Assembly (NCBI GenBank): GCA_023229795.1
Contig: JALNYP010000001.1
Location: 5,321-69,320, forward strand
DNA from: Syntrophobacterales bacterium
Lineage (GTDB): Bacteria > Desulfobacterota > Desulfobaccia > Desulfobaccales > 0-14-0-80-60-11
Length of the DNA stretch: 64,000 nucleotides
Direction: 5' to 3'
This document shows, piece after piece, positions 27,939 to 37,792 of the stretch. How positions within the stretch are numbered: position 1 is the first letter of the stretch; the number at the start of each line of letters is the position of its first letter. Position numbers and translations under genes: made by a program. The notes below the pieces were generated by a model. It was not told the DNA's origin, ran no database searches, and saw nothing but the letters and a program-made list of their open reading frames with translations.

Positions 27939-28961
27939 TTACGCTTCTCTCACCACCAGCACTGCGGCGCCATGGATCCGGCCGCGGCGGAGGTCTTCCA
28001 GGGCCTCGTTGGCCGCCTCCAGGGGGAAGGTTTGGACCTCGGTTTTGACAGGCACTTGGGGGGCGAGGGCCAGAAACTCCTCGCCGTCGGCCCGGGTGAG
28101 GTTGGCCACCGAGCGCACCACCCGTTCGCCCCAGAGGATATCGTAGGGAAAGGAAGGGATGTCGCTCATGTGGATGCCGCCGCTGACCACGACCCCGCCT
28201 TTGGCCGAGGCTCTCAGGGCCGCGGGGATGAGGGCGCCGACGGGGGCGAAGATAATCGAGGCGTCCAGTTCCTCCGGGGGCTGCTCATCGGAGCTGCCGG
28301 CCCAGACCGCGCCCAGGCGGCGGGCGAACTCCTGGGTTTCGGTATCCCCGGCCCGGGTGAAGGCATAGACCTGCTTGCCCTGGTACACCGCGATCTGGAT
28401 GGTGATATGGGCCGCGGCCCCGAAGCCGTAAATCCCCAGCCGCGGGCCGGCGTCCTGGGCCATGCGGTAGGAGCGGTAGCCGATGAGGCCGGCGCACAGG
28501 AGCGGCGCGGCTTCGGCGTCGGGGTAAGACGGGGGCAGGGGGAAACTGTAGCGCTGGTCGGCCACGGTGTATTCGGCGTAACCGCCGTCCAGGGTATAGC
28601 CGGTGAAGCGGGGGTGATCGCAGAGATTTTCCCGGCCCTGGCGGCAGTAGCGGCAGGTGCCGTCGGTGTGGCCCAGCCACGGCACCCCGATGCGGTCGCC
28701 CGCCTTGAACTGGCTAACCTGAGCACTGGGGGCCGCCACCGTGCCCACGATTTCGTGCCCCAGGATCAGGGGCAGCTTGGGGTGGGGCAGTTCTCCATCG
28801 AGGACGTGGAGGTCGGTGCGGCACACGCCACAGGCATGGACCCGGATAAGGACCTGTTCAGGGCCCGGCGCCGGTACCGGGACTTCCTGCAATTGGAGAG
28901 GCCGGCCGGGTTTTTCGAGCACCATGGCCCGCATGGTTTTTGGCGTTGTCATGGTCAGCAC
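27939..28961 (-). CDS. Zinc-dependent alcohol dehydrogenase (MDR family)
   Basis: ACGVCRTDLH, GHEIVG, structural-zinc C..C..C.......C (CRYCRQGRENLC), GFGAAAH Rossmann motif. Confidence 0.88.
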   Translation of the reverse strand: MLTMTTPKTMRAMVLEKPGRPLQLQEVPVPAPGPEQVLIRVHACGVCRTDLHVLDGELPHPKLPLILGHEIVGTVAAPSAQVSQFKAGDRIGVPWLGHTDGTCRYCRQGRENLCDHPRFTGYTLDGGYAEYTVADQRYSFPLPPSYPDAEAAPLLCAGLIGYRSYRMAQDAGPRLGIYGFGAAAHITIQIAVYQGKQVYAFTRAGDTETQEFARRLGAVWAGSSDEQPPEELDASIIFAPVGALIPAALRASAKGGVVVSGGIHMSDIPSFPYDILWGERVVRSVANLTRADGEEFLALAPQVPVKTEVQTFPLEAANEALEDLRRGRIHGAAVLVVREA

Positions 28962-29116
28962 CCCCAGGATAAAGCTTAGCTGGAATAGTTAGCGGGATAA
29001 CGCGCCTGGATCAGGCGGCATCAGGCCTATCCAAACCATAAGAATTATGGCGGACCGGTTCAAGGTGGCAAGCGGCGACTATTTGGGCAGGGGTCTCAAT
29101 CCAGCTTAAATCTTTA

Positions 29117-30115
29117 CTACCCCGGACCCATCTTGAGAAGGGCCCACTCCAGCCAGAGCCGGGGGCTGCCGGTACTGGTCTTCAGGTGAAAATCCACCTG
29201 GTGCAGGGCGTTCAGATGGGCCTTAAGCGCCCCGTCGGAAAAGCGAGCCGCCTGCTGGCCTAAGCGCTTGACCACCCCCTGGGGCACACCCAGACTCCTG
29301 GCCAATTCCGCAGGGTTGCCGCCCGCGCCTTCCTTGGCCCGGATGAGCATGCGCACCTGCCGGGCCAGCATCCCGAGGATTCTGGCGGGGGGCTCCCCCA
29401 GGTCCAGGAGGTGGCCCAGGGAGGCCAGCCGCCGCTGGAAGCCGGCTTCCCCCAGGGCGTCCACCAGGGCAAAGATGTTGTAGGTGCGGCTGTGGCTGGC
29501 CAACTGGGAGACCAGGGCCGGGGTCAGGGTGTTTTCCGGGCCGGAGAACAGGGCCAGCTTTTCCAACTCCTGGCTCAATTCCGAGAGATTATCCCCCACC
29601 ATCTCGACCAGGCGCTGGGCCGCGGCCAGGGTCAGGTTCTTCCCCAGGTTCCGGGCCTCCCGGGTCAGCCACTGGTAGAGCTCGCCCTCCCGCAGGCGAT
29701 AAAATCCCAGGGCCGCCTCGGCCTTGGCCAGGCGTCCCCAGACCGCATGTTTCTCCACGTCCCGGGCCTTCAGGCCTGCGGCCAGGAGCACCACCCAGGC
29801 CCGGGGCGCGGGGTGGTCCAGATACGCGGCCACGGCCTTGAGCTGAGCGGCGGGATAGGTCTCCACCCCCCGCAGGATGAGGAACTGCCCCGGTCCCCAC
29901 AATGTGGCCTCCCGGGCCTCGGCCAGGAACTCGGCCAGCCCCACCTCCTGGGCCTCCCGGAGCGTCTTGGCGGGGGGCTCCCCGGCCTGGTTCGTGAGGG
30001 CCGCCTCCAGGCGGTGCAAAGCCCGGTTCATCAAGAACTCCTCCTCCCCGAAAAAGAGGTAGAGGGGCTTGAGGGAGTTCCGCTCGATATGGCGTTCCAG
30101 GATGGGATGGGACAT
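29117..30115 (-). CDS. holA: DNA polymerase III delta subunit
   Basis: LKPLYLFFGEEEFLMNRAL... and the conserved leuS-lptE-holA gene order. Confidence 0.85.
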   Translation of the reverse strand: MSHPILERHIERNSLKPLYLFFGEEEFLMNRALHRLEAALTNQAGEPPAKTLREAQEVGLAEFLAEAREATLWGPGQFLILRGVETYPAAQLKAVAAYLDHPAPRAWVVLLAAGLKARDVEKHAVWGRLAKAEAALGFYRLREGELYQWLTREARNLGKNLTLAAAQRLVEMVGDNLSELSQELEKLALFSGPENTLTPALVSQLASHSRTYNIFALVDALGEAGFQRRLASLGHLLDLGEPPARILGMLARQVRMLIRAKEGAGGNPAELARSLGVPQGVVKRLGQQAARFSDGALKAHLNALHQVDFHLKTSTGSPRLWLEWALLKMGPG

Positions 30116-30117
30116 AT

Positions 30118-30187
30118 ATTAGCGGTTAGCGGTCAGCAATTAGCCGTTAGCATGTGGGGCAACTGCTAACCGCTAACTGCTGACTGC
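30118..30187. repeat. Hairpin built from TTAGCGG/CAGTCAG-type heptamer repeats between lptE and holA
   Basis: TTAGCGGTTAGC (30119-30130) pairs perfectly with GCTAACCGCTAA (30164-30175). The surrounding sequence is made of related heptamers. Confidence 0.7.
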
Positions 30188-30193
30188 TCTCTC

Positions 30194-30712
30194 CTAAATC
30201 ACCAGCAACACCTTGTCCACCACCCGGCGGGCCAGGTTGAAGGCGGCGCGGCGGATGCCTTCGGACTTGGTGGCCTCACCCGCGTGGTAATTGGGGTCCA
30301 CCACGTAATCTTCCTGCAGGACCTGGGTATCCTTCCAGAGGACCTTGTCCCCCTTTTTCTGGCGCAGGGTCAGTTCGATCCTTAAGGTTACCCGGCGCAC
30401 CGTGGAGTGCTGGACATCTTGGAAGGCCACCGAGGTATTGTCTATGGACCGGACCCTGCCTTCCAGCACCAAGTCGGCGTCCCGGTCGCCGGGCACCACC
30501 CGCACCGCCGAAGTCTGGGCAAAAGCATTGATCATAGCGTTGGCGAACACGGTCTCGAGGCCCACTTCGGTGGTGCGGTTGGCGAACAACGGCACGGCCA
30601 TGGACGGCTGCGTCTGATGATCCAGCGCCGTCGCCGTCCCCACCGGATGATAGCCGCAGCCCCACAGGCTAAGCACCAGCAACCCGATCATCCCGAACCG
30701 GCAGACGGTCAT
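30194..30712 (-). CDS. lptE: LPS-assembly lipoprotein LptE
   Basis: Lipobox LWGC|GYH; size and position between leuS and holA. Confidence 0.8.
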   Translation of the reverse strand: MTVCRFGMIGLLVLSLWGCGYHPVGTATALDHQTQPSMAVPLFANRTTEVGLETVFANAMINAFAQTSAVRVVPGDRDADLVLEGRVRSIDNTSVAFQDVQHSTVRRVTLRIELTLRQKKGDKVLWKDTQVLQEDYVVDPNYHAGEATKSEGIRRAAFNLARRVVDKVLLVI

Positions 30713-30724
30713 ACTTAAGCTCCC

Positions 30725-33211
30725 TTAGACGACGATGCTGACCAGCTTGCGCCGGGCCAGGATGACTTTTTTGGGCGGCTGGCCCTGAAGCCATTTGTCG
30801 ATGGCGGGGTCGGCCAGGGCCAGGTTTTTGATGTCTTCATCCGTCGCCGCGGCCGGTACCACCAGTTTGCTTCTGACCTTGCCGTTGACCTGAATCACCA
30901 CCGTTAAGGCGCACTCTGCCAAGGCCTCGGCCCGGGCCTGAGGCCAGGGGACCTCCAGCAGGAGGGTGTCATGGCCCAGGGCCTGCCAGAGCTCTTCGGC
31001 CAGGTGGGGCACCATGGGGCTGACCAGGAGCAGGATGGCCTCCACCGCTTCCCGGAAGACCTGCAGGGTGGCGGCATCCTTGGGCAAGTTGTCGGCCGCC
31101 AGGTAGAAGGCGTTGACCAGTTCCATCACCGCGGCGATGGCGGTGTTGAAGTGGAAGGAGTTCTCGATGTCCTCAGTCACCTTCTTGATGGTGGCGTGCA
31201 CCTTGCGGCGGAACTCTTGTAAGTCCGGAGAGAGGCCCCCGCCGGTCCCGCTGTAGGCGGACACCTGCCGCAATTCCGGCAGCAGAGAGTGCACCAGGTT
31301 AAAGAGGCGGTGCAGGAAGCGGTTGGAGCCGGCCACGCCCTGGTCGCTCCACTCCAGGTCTTTCTCCGGCGGGGCCGCAAACAGCAGGAACAGGCGGGTG
31401 GTGTCGGTGCCGTATTCGGCGATCATGTTTTCGGGATCCACCACGTTGCCCTTGGATTTGGACATCTTGGCCCCGTCTTTCACGACCATGCCCTGGGTCA
31501 GGAGACGTTGGAAGGGCTCGTCGATCTTGACCAGCCCCAGGTCCCGCAGGACCTTGGTGAAAAAACGGGCGTACAGCAGGTGCAGCACCGCGTGTTCGAT
31601 GCCGCCGATGTACTGGTCCACCGGGGCCCAGTAGTTCACCCGGGGCGGGTCCAGGACGCCGCCGGTGTAATCGGTGCAGGTGTAGCGCAGGAAGTACCAG
31701 GAGGACTCCACAAAGGTGTCCATGGTGTCCACCTCCCGCCGGGCGGGACCATTGCAGGCCGGGCAGGTCGTTTGATAAAACGACGGCGATTGCGCCAGGG
31801 GCGAGCCGCCCTCGCCGGTGATCTGGACCCCGAGGGGCAGGACTACGGGCAGGTCCTGCTCGGGCACCGGCATCAAACCGCATTTTTCGCAATAAAGCAT
31901 GGGGATGGGCGCGCCCCAATAGCGCTGCCGGGAGATGAGCCAGTCCCTGAGGCGAAAGTGCACGGTGGGCTTGCCCTGGCCTTTGTCGGCCAGGAAGGCG
32001 GCGATGGCTTCTTTGGCTGGACCGCTGCCCAGGCCGGTAAATTGGCCGGAGTCCACCAGGACGCCTTCGTCTTCATAGGCAGCGGTAAGGTCCGCGGCCT
32101 TCAGTTCCTCCCCCGGCGGCTGGATCACCACTTTAATGGGCAAATCGTACTTCCGGGCGAACTCGAAATCCCGCTGGTCATGGGCCGGCACCGCCATCAC
32201 CGCGCCGGTGCCGTACTCCATGAGCACGAAGTTAGCCACGTAAATGGGCATCTGCCGGCCGGTGACGGGGTTCGTGCAGTAGCGGCCGGTAAAAACGCCC
32301 TCTTTGGTAATTTCCTCCAGGACGCCGCGGCTGCGGTTCTGTCCCGACCAGTATTCCACAAAGCGGCCGACCGCCTCGGCCTGGCCGGTGCCCTGAGCCA
32401 GGGCCAGGGCCTGGGGGTGCTCAGGCGCCAGGCTCATGAAGGTGGCCCCGAACAGGGTGTCGGCCCGGGTGGTGAAGACCTTGATGGGCTCACTGCCCCC
32501 TTCCACGGGGAAAAGGATTTCCGCGCCCACAGACTTGCCGATCCAGTGGCGCTGCATGGTGAGGACCCGTTCGGGCCAGTCGGTCAGTTGGTCCAGGTCG
32601 GCCAGCAATTCTTCGGCGTAGGCGGTGATCTTGAAGAACCACTGGGACAGTTCCTTTAAGTGGACCGGGGAGTCGCAGCGCCAGCAGAGGCCCTCTTCCA
32701 CCTGCTCGTTGGCCAGCACCGTGGCACACTTGGGGCACCAGTTGACCGGGGCCTGCTTTTTATAGGCCAGCCCCCGGCGGAACATTTCGATGAAGACCAG
32801 TTGCTCCCAGCGGTAGTAGGCGGGATCGCAGGTGGCCAGTTCCCGGGGCCAGTCGTAGCTGTAGCCAAGTTCCTGGAGCTGGCGGCGCATGTAGGCGATA
32901 TTGTCGTACGTCCAGGCCGCGGGGTGGAGCCCCCGGGCCATGGCGGCATTCTCGGCGGGCAGGCCGAAGGCGTCCCAGCCCATGGGATGGAGCACGTTGA
33001 AGCCCCGCATCCGCTTGTAGCGGGCCACTACGTCCCCGATGGTATAGTTGCGCACGTGGCCCATGTGGATGCGTCCGGAGGGGTAGGGGAACATCTCCAG
33101 GACGTAGTATTTGGGCCGGGCGGGGTCTTCGATCGCGTTAAACAGCCGCCGCTCTTCCCAGAGGTGCTGCCATTTGGCTTCCAGGGGGCGGGGTTCGTAA
33201 CGAGGCGGCAT
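30725..33211 (-). CDS. leuS: Leucine--tRNA ligase
   Basis: [16 protein letters not shown] (HIGH) and KMSKSKGN (KMSKS). 828 aa. Confidence 0.95.
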   Translation of the reverse strand: MPPRYEPRPLEAKWQHLWEERRLFNAIEDPARPKYYVLEMFPYPSGRIHMGHVRNYTIGDVVARYKRMRGFNVLHPMGWDAFGLPAENAAMARGLHPAAWTYDNIAYMRRQLQELGYSYDWPRELATCDPAYYRWEQLVFIEMFRRGLAYKKQAPVNWCPKCATVLANEQVEEGLCWRCDSPVHLKELSQWFFKITAYAEELLADLDQLTDWPERVLTMQRHWIGKSVGAEILFPVEGGSEPIKVFTTRADTLFGATFMSLAPEHPQALALAQGTGQAEAVGRFVEYWSGQNRSRGVLEEITKEGVFTGRYCTNPVTGRQMPIYVANFVLMEYGTGAVMAVPAHDQRDFEFARKYDLPIKVVIQPPGEELKAADLTAAYEDEGVLVDSGQFTGLGSGPAKEAIAAFLADKGQGKPTVHFRLRDWLISRQRYWGAPIPMLYCEKCGLMPVPEQDLPVVLPLGVQITGEGGSPLAQSPSFYQTTCPACNGPARREVDTMDTFVESSWYFLRYTCTDYTGGVLDPPRVNYWAPVDQYIGGIEHAVLHLLYARFFTKVLRDLGLVKIDEPFQRLLTQGMVVKDGAKMSKSKGNVVDPENMIAEYGTDTTRLFLLFAAPPEKDLEWSDQGVAGSNRFLHRLFNLVHSLLPELRQVSAYSGTGGGLSPDLQEFRRKVHATIKKVTEDIENSFHFNTAIAAVMELVNAFYLAADNLPKDAATLQVFREAVEAILLLVSPMVPHLAEELWQALGHDTLLLEVPWPQARAEALAECALTVVIQVNGKVRSKLVVPAAATDEDIKNLALADPAIDKWLQGQPPKKVILARRKLVSIVV

Positions 33212-33493
33212 GCAATACTCCTGAATGCGGATTCCTAAAATTCAAAATTTATCACAGAAATGCCTCTCCAGGCTAATGAATAATGACGGAGTGCCTATGC
33301 CGCCGGGCGGCCAGCGTTTGGGGTCAGATTACGGGATGGGAAGAGGACAACTGGAGGTGCGGCGATGAACCGGCAGCAGGTCCCCCGGGACCCGCTGCCG
33401 GTGAGATAGTGCAGAGGTAGGAGATCATCCTGAGGGTCTTGAGGCACTCCCCTCCGTTCAGGATGACAGAGAAAAGCGGTTATGCACCGGCGG

Positions 33494-33727
33494 TTAGGGT
33501 TGCCCTTGGGATTTCTGGGACTGGTCATAGAGGAAACCACCCAGAAGTCCGGCGCCGCCGCCGATCGCGGCGCCGAGACCCGGAGCGCCTGCGATGGCGC
33601 CGATCGCGGCGCCGCTGCCGGCTCCGATGGCTCCGCCGCTCAAGACCCGCTGCTGGGTGGGGCTCATGCCCGAACAACCAGCGAAGCTTAGAGCTACTGC
33701 CAAAATAACGATGATCGTGCCTTTCAT
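33494..33727 (-). CDS. Glycine-zipper small lipoprotein
   Basis: Lipobox SFAGC|SG followed by GGAIGAGSGAAIGAIAGAPGLGAAIGGGAG. Confidence 0.7.
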   Translation of the reverse strand: MKGTIIVILAVALSFAGCSGMSPTQQRVLSGGAIGAGSGAAIGAIAGAPGLGAAIGGGAGLLGGFLYDQSQKSQGQP

Positions 33728-33979
33728 TCCCGTTTCTCCTCGCTACTTAAAGGAAACCCCCGGCAACTGCCGGGGGTTTGTGAAGGATGTAAGGATTATT
33801 TCGGCCGGGGAAAGCCGATGTGTCTAACTTAATTGAGGCAAGAGAGATTGTCTATAAACGTACAGACCATTTCCGTATGGTCATTTTGACCACGCTCATT
33901 GGCCTGCCGGGGTCAGGGACGACCAGAAGGCTGAATTGGCGGCCATGCAGGCTAGGCTGCCGCAGGGAGAGAGAAAACC

Positions 33980-34030
33980 TTGACAAAGGGGAATCAGCCC
34001 CGTATATTTGGAGACCAACCGGTCGGTCTC
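33980..34030 (+). promoter_or_regulatory. Sigma-70 promoter plus palindromic operator upstream of the TetR gene
   Basis: TTGACA (33980) -17 nt- TATATT (34003), then the 20-nt palindrome GAGACCAACCGGTCGGTCTC (34011-34030, one mismatch). A related ACCGGTCGGTCT element recurs at 34685-34696 upstream of the acyl-CoA dehydrogenase gene. Confidence 0.65.
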
Positions 34031-34050
34031 TAAACCGAGGTTTAAAGATT

Positions 34051-34635
34051 ATGTCGCTCAAAGACAAAATTATCCACGAGTCCTTGCGCCAATTCTCGAC
34101 GAAAGGCTATATGAGCACGTCCATCAGCGACATTTTGCACGCCGTCGGCACGTCCAAGGGCGGGCTGTACAATCATTTCAAGAGCAAAGAGGACCTGTTT
34201 TTCGCCGCCCTGAGCGAGGCCCGGAAAATCTGGCGGCAGAGGAATCTGGCCGGTTTGGATCAACTGGACCAGCCCCTGGACAAGATCAAGAAACTCCTGG
34301 AAAACTATCGGGATCATTATCTCACGGACGCGGAAAACTTTCCCGGCGGCTGCGTCTTCGTCACCCTGGCGGTGGAACTTCATGACCAGCAACCGCACCT
34401 GGCCAAAGAGGTCAACGAAGGCTTCCAGAGATTCAAGTCCCTGGTGAAACGGCTCCTGGACCAGGCCCAGGCCGCGGGTGGCCTGAAAGACGGGGTTAAT
34501 ACGGAGGCGGTGGCCGAGATGATCTTTTCAGGTACTCTGGGGGCTTGCGTGGCCTATACTTCGGACAGATCCCCGGAGAATCTGGATCAAAATATCCGAG
34601 GTCTGATCGCCTTCCTCAATACGATCAGCAGATAA
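34051..34635 (+). CDS. TetR/AcrR-family transcriptional regulator
   Basis: MSLKDKIIHESLRQFSTKGYMSTSISDILHAVGTSKGGLYNHFKSKEDLF is the TetR HTH. An internal start was chosen. Confidence 0.88.
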   Translation: MSLKDKIIHESLRQFSTKGYMSTSISDILHAVGTSKGGLYNHFKSKEDLFFAALSEARKIWRQRNLAGLDQLDQPLDKIKKLLENYRDHYLTDAENFPGGCVFVTLAVELHDQQPHLAKEVNEGFQRFKSLVKRLLDQAQAAGGLKDGVNTEAVAEMIFSGTLGACVAYTSDRSPENLDQNIRGLIAFLNTISR

Positions 34636-34718
34636 GCGCCTTTTTCCCTGAGCTGCAGGGATAGGTGCCGCGCCAATAAGGGAGACCGGTCGGTCTTATT
34701 TTAAAGGGAGGTGTCATC

Positions 34719-35870
34719 ATGGACTTCAAGCTGACGGAAAGAGAAGAACTGCTCAGAAAATCGGTGAGAGATTTTGCGGAGAAAGAGATCACTCCCAAAA
34801 TCGAAGCCATGGAAGAGACGGGGGAGTTTCCTCTAGATCTTTTGAAGCCCATGGCTAAACTCGGGATCACGGGCATCATTGCGCCCCGGGAGTACGACGG
34901 CATCGGCTTGGGTTATCTGGCCCGCACCATCGTGCTGGAAGAGGTGGCCCGGGTCTCTGCGGCCGTGGCCATGGGCATGCAGGTCCATCACATGGCGATT
35001 GCCGCGCTCAGTGATTTCGGCACCGAGGAGCAAAAGAAAAAGTATCTTCCTCCTCTGGCCAAGGGTGAAACCATGGGGTGCGTGGCCATTACCGAACCCT
35101 CCGGCGGCTCGGATGTCTTGGGGATGCAGTCCAAGGCCGAACTCAAGGGCGATACCTGGATTTTGAACGGCAGGAAGTGCTTCATCACCAATTCCCATAC
35201 CTCCGCTTATTGGGTGGTGCTCGCCAAGACCGCGGACGGCCCCAAAGGCCTCACGGCGTTCATTGTCCCGAAGGATGCGCCCGGCGCCAAGGCGGGGCGG
35301 GTAGAGCACAAATTCGGCCTGCGCGGTTCCAATACCGGAGAACTGGTGTTGGATAATTGCCAGGTGCCCAAGGACAATCTTCTGGGTCAGGAAGGCGGCG
35401 GTCTGGCGGTGGCCCTGAAAACCGTCAGCGAAAGCGGTAGGACCGGCATGGCGGCGACGGCCCTGGGCACGCTCCAGGCCTGCTATGAGGAGGCGGCGAA
35501 ATTTGCCAATGAACGGGTCCTCTACGGCAAACCCATCGGCACCCTCCAGGCCATCAGCTTTTACATGGCGGAGATTTATACGGAACTGGATATCTGCCGG
35601 CTGCTCTGCTACCGGGCCAGTTGGATGAAGGACCAGAATCTGCGGTTTGATACGGAAAGCGCCATGGCCAAATATTATACCTGCGACGCCGCGGCGCGCT
35701 GCGCCAAACAGGCCATCGAGATTCACGGCGCGTACGGCATCCTACAAGAATACAAGGTGCAGCGGCTCTTGCGGGATGCCATGGTGACCATCTCCGCCGG
35801 CGGCACCGGCGAGATCGGCAAGGTAGTGGTGGGGAGGGCGGCTCTGGCGCCTTTCAAGAAGAAAGCTTAA
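34719..35870 (+). CDS. Acyl-CoA dehydrogenase
   Basis: CVAITEPSGGSDV, FITNS, and a C-terminal QIHGAYG/EGTGEI-type block (ISAGGTGEI). Confidence 0.9.
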   Translation: MDFKLTEREELLRKSVRDFAEKEITPKIEAMEETGEFPLDLLKPMAKLGITGIIAPREYDGIGLGYLARTIVLEEVARVSAAVAMGMQVHHMAIAALSDFGTEEQKKKYLPPLAKGETMGCVAITEPSGGSDVLGMQSKAELKGDTWILNGRKCFITNSHTSAYWVVLAKTADGPKGLTAFIVPKDAPGAKAGRVEHKFGLRGSNTGELVLDNCQVPKDNLLGQEGGGLAVALKTVSESGRTGMAATALGTLQACYEEAAKFANERVLYGKPIGTLQAISFYMAEIYTELDICRLLCYRASWMKDQNLRFDTESAMAKYYTCDAAARCAKQAIEIHGAYGILQEYKVQRLLRDAMVTISAGGTGEIGKVVVGRAALAPFKKKA

Positions 35871-35883
35871 TCGGGTGGGGGCC

Positions 35884-36680
35884 ATGGAAAGAGTGATTGT
35901 CTGCCTCAAGCCGGTTCCCGATCCCAAAGCCTGGGACCGGCTCCGGATGGATCCCGTGACCAAGACCTTGGTTCGGGATGAGATTCCTAATGTCATCAAT
36001 CCCCTGGACAAGCATGCTCTGGAGGCCGCCCTGGAAATTAAGGACGCTTACGGGGCCGAAGTGGTGCTCCTGTCCATGGCCCCCACCCCTACCCTCCCGG
36101 TGTTGCGCGAAGCTTTGGCCATGGGAGCCGACCGGGCGGTGCTGCTCTCGGACCAGTGGTTCGCGGGCTCGGACACCCTGGCGACCTCGCGCATTCTGGC
36201 CACTGCGATCCGCCGCCTGGAGCCCTTTGACCTTATTTGTTGCGGCAATTTTACCCTGGACGGCTCCACGGCCCAGGTGCCTTCCCAAATTGCCGAGCTT
36301 CTTGGGATTCTAATATCATGCACGTAAGCCACCTGGAGTTCATAGACAGCCGCCGCCTGGCGGTCACCCAAAAGATCGAGCAGGGCTATGTAAAACTGGC
36401 GGCGGAACCGCCTTTGCTGCTCTCGTTCGCCAAGGACGCCAATCAACCGCGCTACAGCACCTTCCTGGAGATCCTGGCGGCGGAAGAGCGGGAGATTGCC
36501 ATTTGGAACAATGCCGACCTGCATCTGGGCGCGGGGCTGATCGGCCTGGGGGGCTCCCCCACGCAAATGGCCGACCTGCTGGTGCGGCGCAAGACCCGCC
36601 AGGGCCTGCGGCTGGAAGGCAGCCCGGCGGAGGTGGCCCAGCGCCTGGCGGACAAAATCCACCAGATGGGCCTCATCTAA
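35884..36680 (+). pseudogene. etfB: Electron transfer flavoprotein beta subunit, interrupted by a 1-nt deletion near 36310
   Basis: Frame 1 gives MERVIVCLKPVPD...VPSQIAELLGI then stops at 36325-36327. The rest (NIMHVSHLEFID...GSP...KIHQMGLI) continues in the -1 frame. Inserting one C (ATT CCT AAT) restores AELLGIPNIMHV. Confidence 0.8.
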
Positions 36681-36689
36681 TCAAACATA

Positions 36690-37694
36690 ATGAAATCGAC
36701 ACTGATTTGGGTATTCATGGAACAGCGGGCCGGGGTCCTGCACGAGGTCGGCCTGGAACTGTTGGGCAAGGCCCGGGAACTGGCCGAGGCCTCGGGCGGC
36801 ACGGTGGCCGCGGTGCTGCTGGGAGAAAACGTGGCGCGGTGGTCCGGCCGGCTGATCGAACACGGCGCCAACCTGGTCCTGCTGGCCGAGCATCCTTTAT
36901 TGGAGCCGTATCGCTTACTGCCCTATACTTCGGTGCTGGCCCAGGCGGTCAGGCAATACCAGCCGGCCATCATGCTGTTCGGCGCCACCAGCCTGGGCAT
37001 GGAGTTGGCCCCCCGGCTGGCGGCGCGGCTCAATACCGGCCTTTCCGCGCATTGCATTGATCTGAAGCTGGATGCTAACGGCAACCTGTTGCAGATGGTG
37101 CCCGGTTGGGGGGGCGGGGTGGTCGCCACCATCAAGTGCCCGGCGCATCGGCCCCAGATGGCCACCGTGATGCCCGGCGTGATGCAGAAGTGCGAGCCGG
37201 CCGCACGGTCCGGGCAAGTTATCAAGTTACCGATTGACGCTGACCTGGACACCTCCGGGCCTCAGGTGCTGGAAGTGCACCGCGAAGAGCCCAAGGGGAG
37301 GCCTCTGGAGGCGGCTGAGGTCGTGGTCGCGGGCGGCTGGGGCATCGGCGGCCCGGAGGGCTGGCAACTGCTGGAAGAACTGGTGGGACTCCTGGGCGGC
37401 GCGGTCGGCGCCACCCGGCCGCCGGTGGATGAAGGCTGGGCTCTGGAGGCCCAAATGATCGGCCAGAGCGGCAAAACCGTCCGGCCCCGGCTCTATATCG
37501 GCGTTGGTATCTCCGGCATGTCCCACCACGTGGTGGGCATGGAGGGGTCCGAAGTAGTCGTGGCCATCAATTCGGACCCCCAGGCCCCGATCTTTGAGGT
37601 GGCGGATATCGTCATAGTCGGGGATTACCGGGAAATTCTCCCTCCCTTATTGGATGAAATGCGGAGCCGACTCCAGGGCGGCGGAAAGAAATAA
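36690..37694 (+). CDS. etfA: Electron transfer flavoprotein alpha subunit
   Basis: IWVFMEQRAG...ELLGKARELA and the C-terminal FAD-binding block PRLYIGVGISGMSHHVVGM...VVAINSDPQAPIF. Confidence 0.9.
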   Translation: MKSTLIWVFMEQRAGVLHEVGLELLGKARELAEASGGTVAAVLLGENVARWSGRLIEHGANLVLLAEHPLLEPYRLLPYTSVLAQAVRQYQPAIMLFGATSLGMELAPRLAARLNTGLSAHCIDLKLDANGNLLQMVPGWGGGVVATIKCPAHRPQMATVMPGVMQKCEPAARSGQVIKLPIDADLDTSGPQVLEVHREEPKGRPLEAAEVVVAGGWGIGGPEGWQLLEELVGLLGGAVGATRPPVDEGWALEAQMIGQSGKTVRPRLYIGVGISGMSHHVVGMEGSEVVVAINSDPQAPIFEVADIVIVGDYREILPPLLDEMRSRLQGGGKK

Positions 37695-37792
37695 TTACTA
37701 ATTCACCATAATAGGCCAGAGAAACACCTGCGTCATCGTCCAGAGATTCCCAAGGCTTGAATTTTCCTGGATTCCTGGTACCTTTCTTAAAT

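Noticed and set aside
31289-32659. 456-aa plus-strand ORF inside leuS, and similar long antisense ORFs (7207-8301, 7988-9136, 10887-11594, 27972-28979, 42403-43680, 49012-49938, 58161-59204, 20592-21449, 63302-63913)
   Set aside because: All lie opposite well-supported genes. They have Arg/Gly/Pro/His-rich composition and no domain signatures, so I treat them as high-G+C frame artefacts.
33767-33790. ACCCCCGGCA-ac-TGCCGGGGGT hairpin as a riboswitch or attenuator in the glycine-zipper gene leader
   Set aside because: It is a simple GC hairpin with no conserved flanking motif. It could be a bidirectional terminator or a structural element, and there is not enough evidence for a regulatory call.
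36296-36330. Programmed ribosomal frameshift in etfB
   Set aside because: There is no X XXY YYZ slippery site or downstream structure. A one-base loss in a CC dinucleotide explains it fully.
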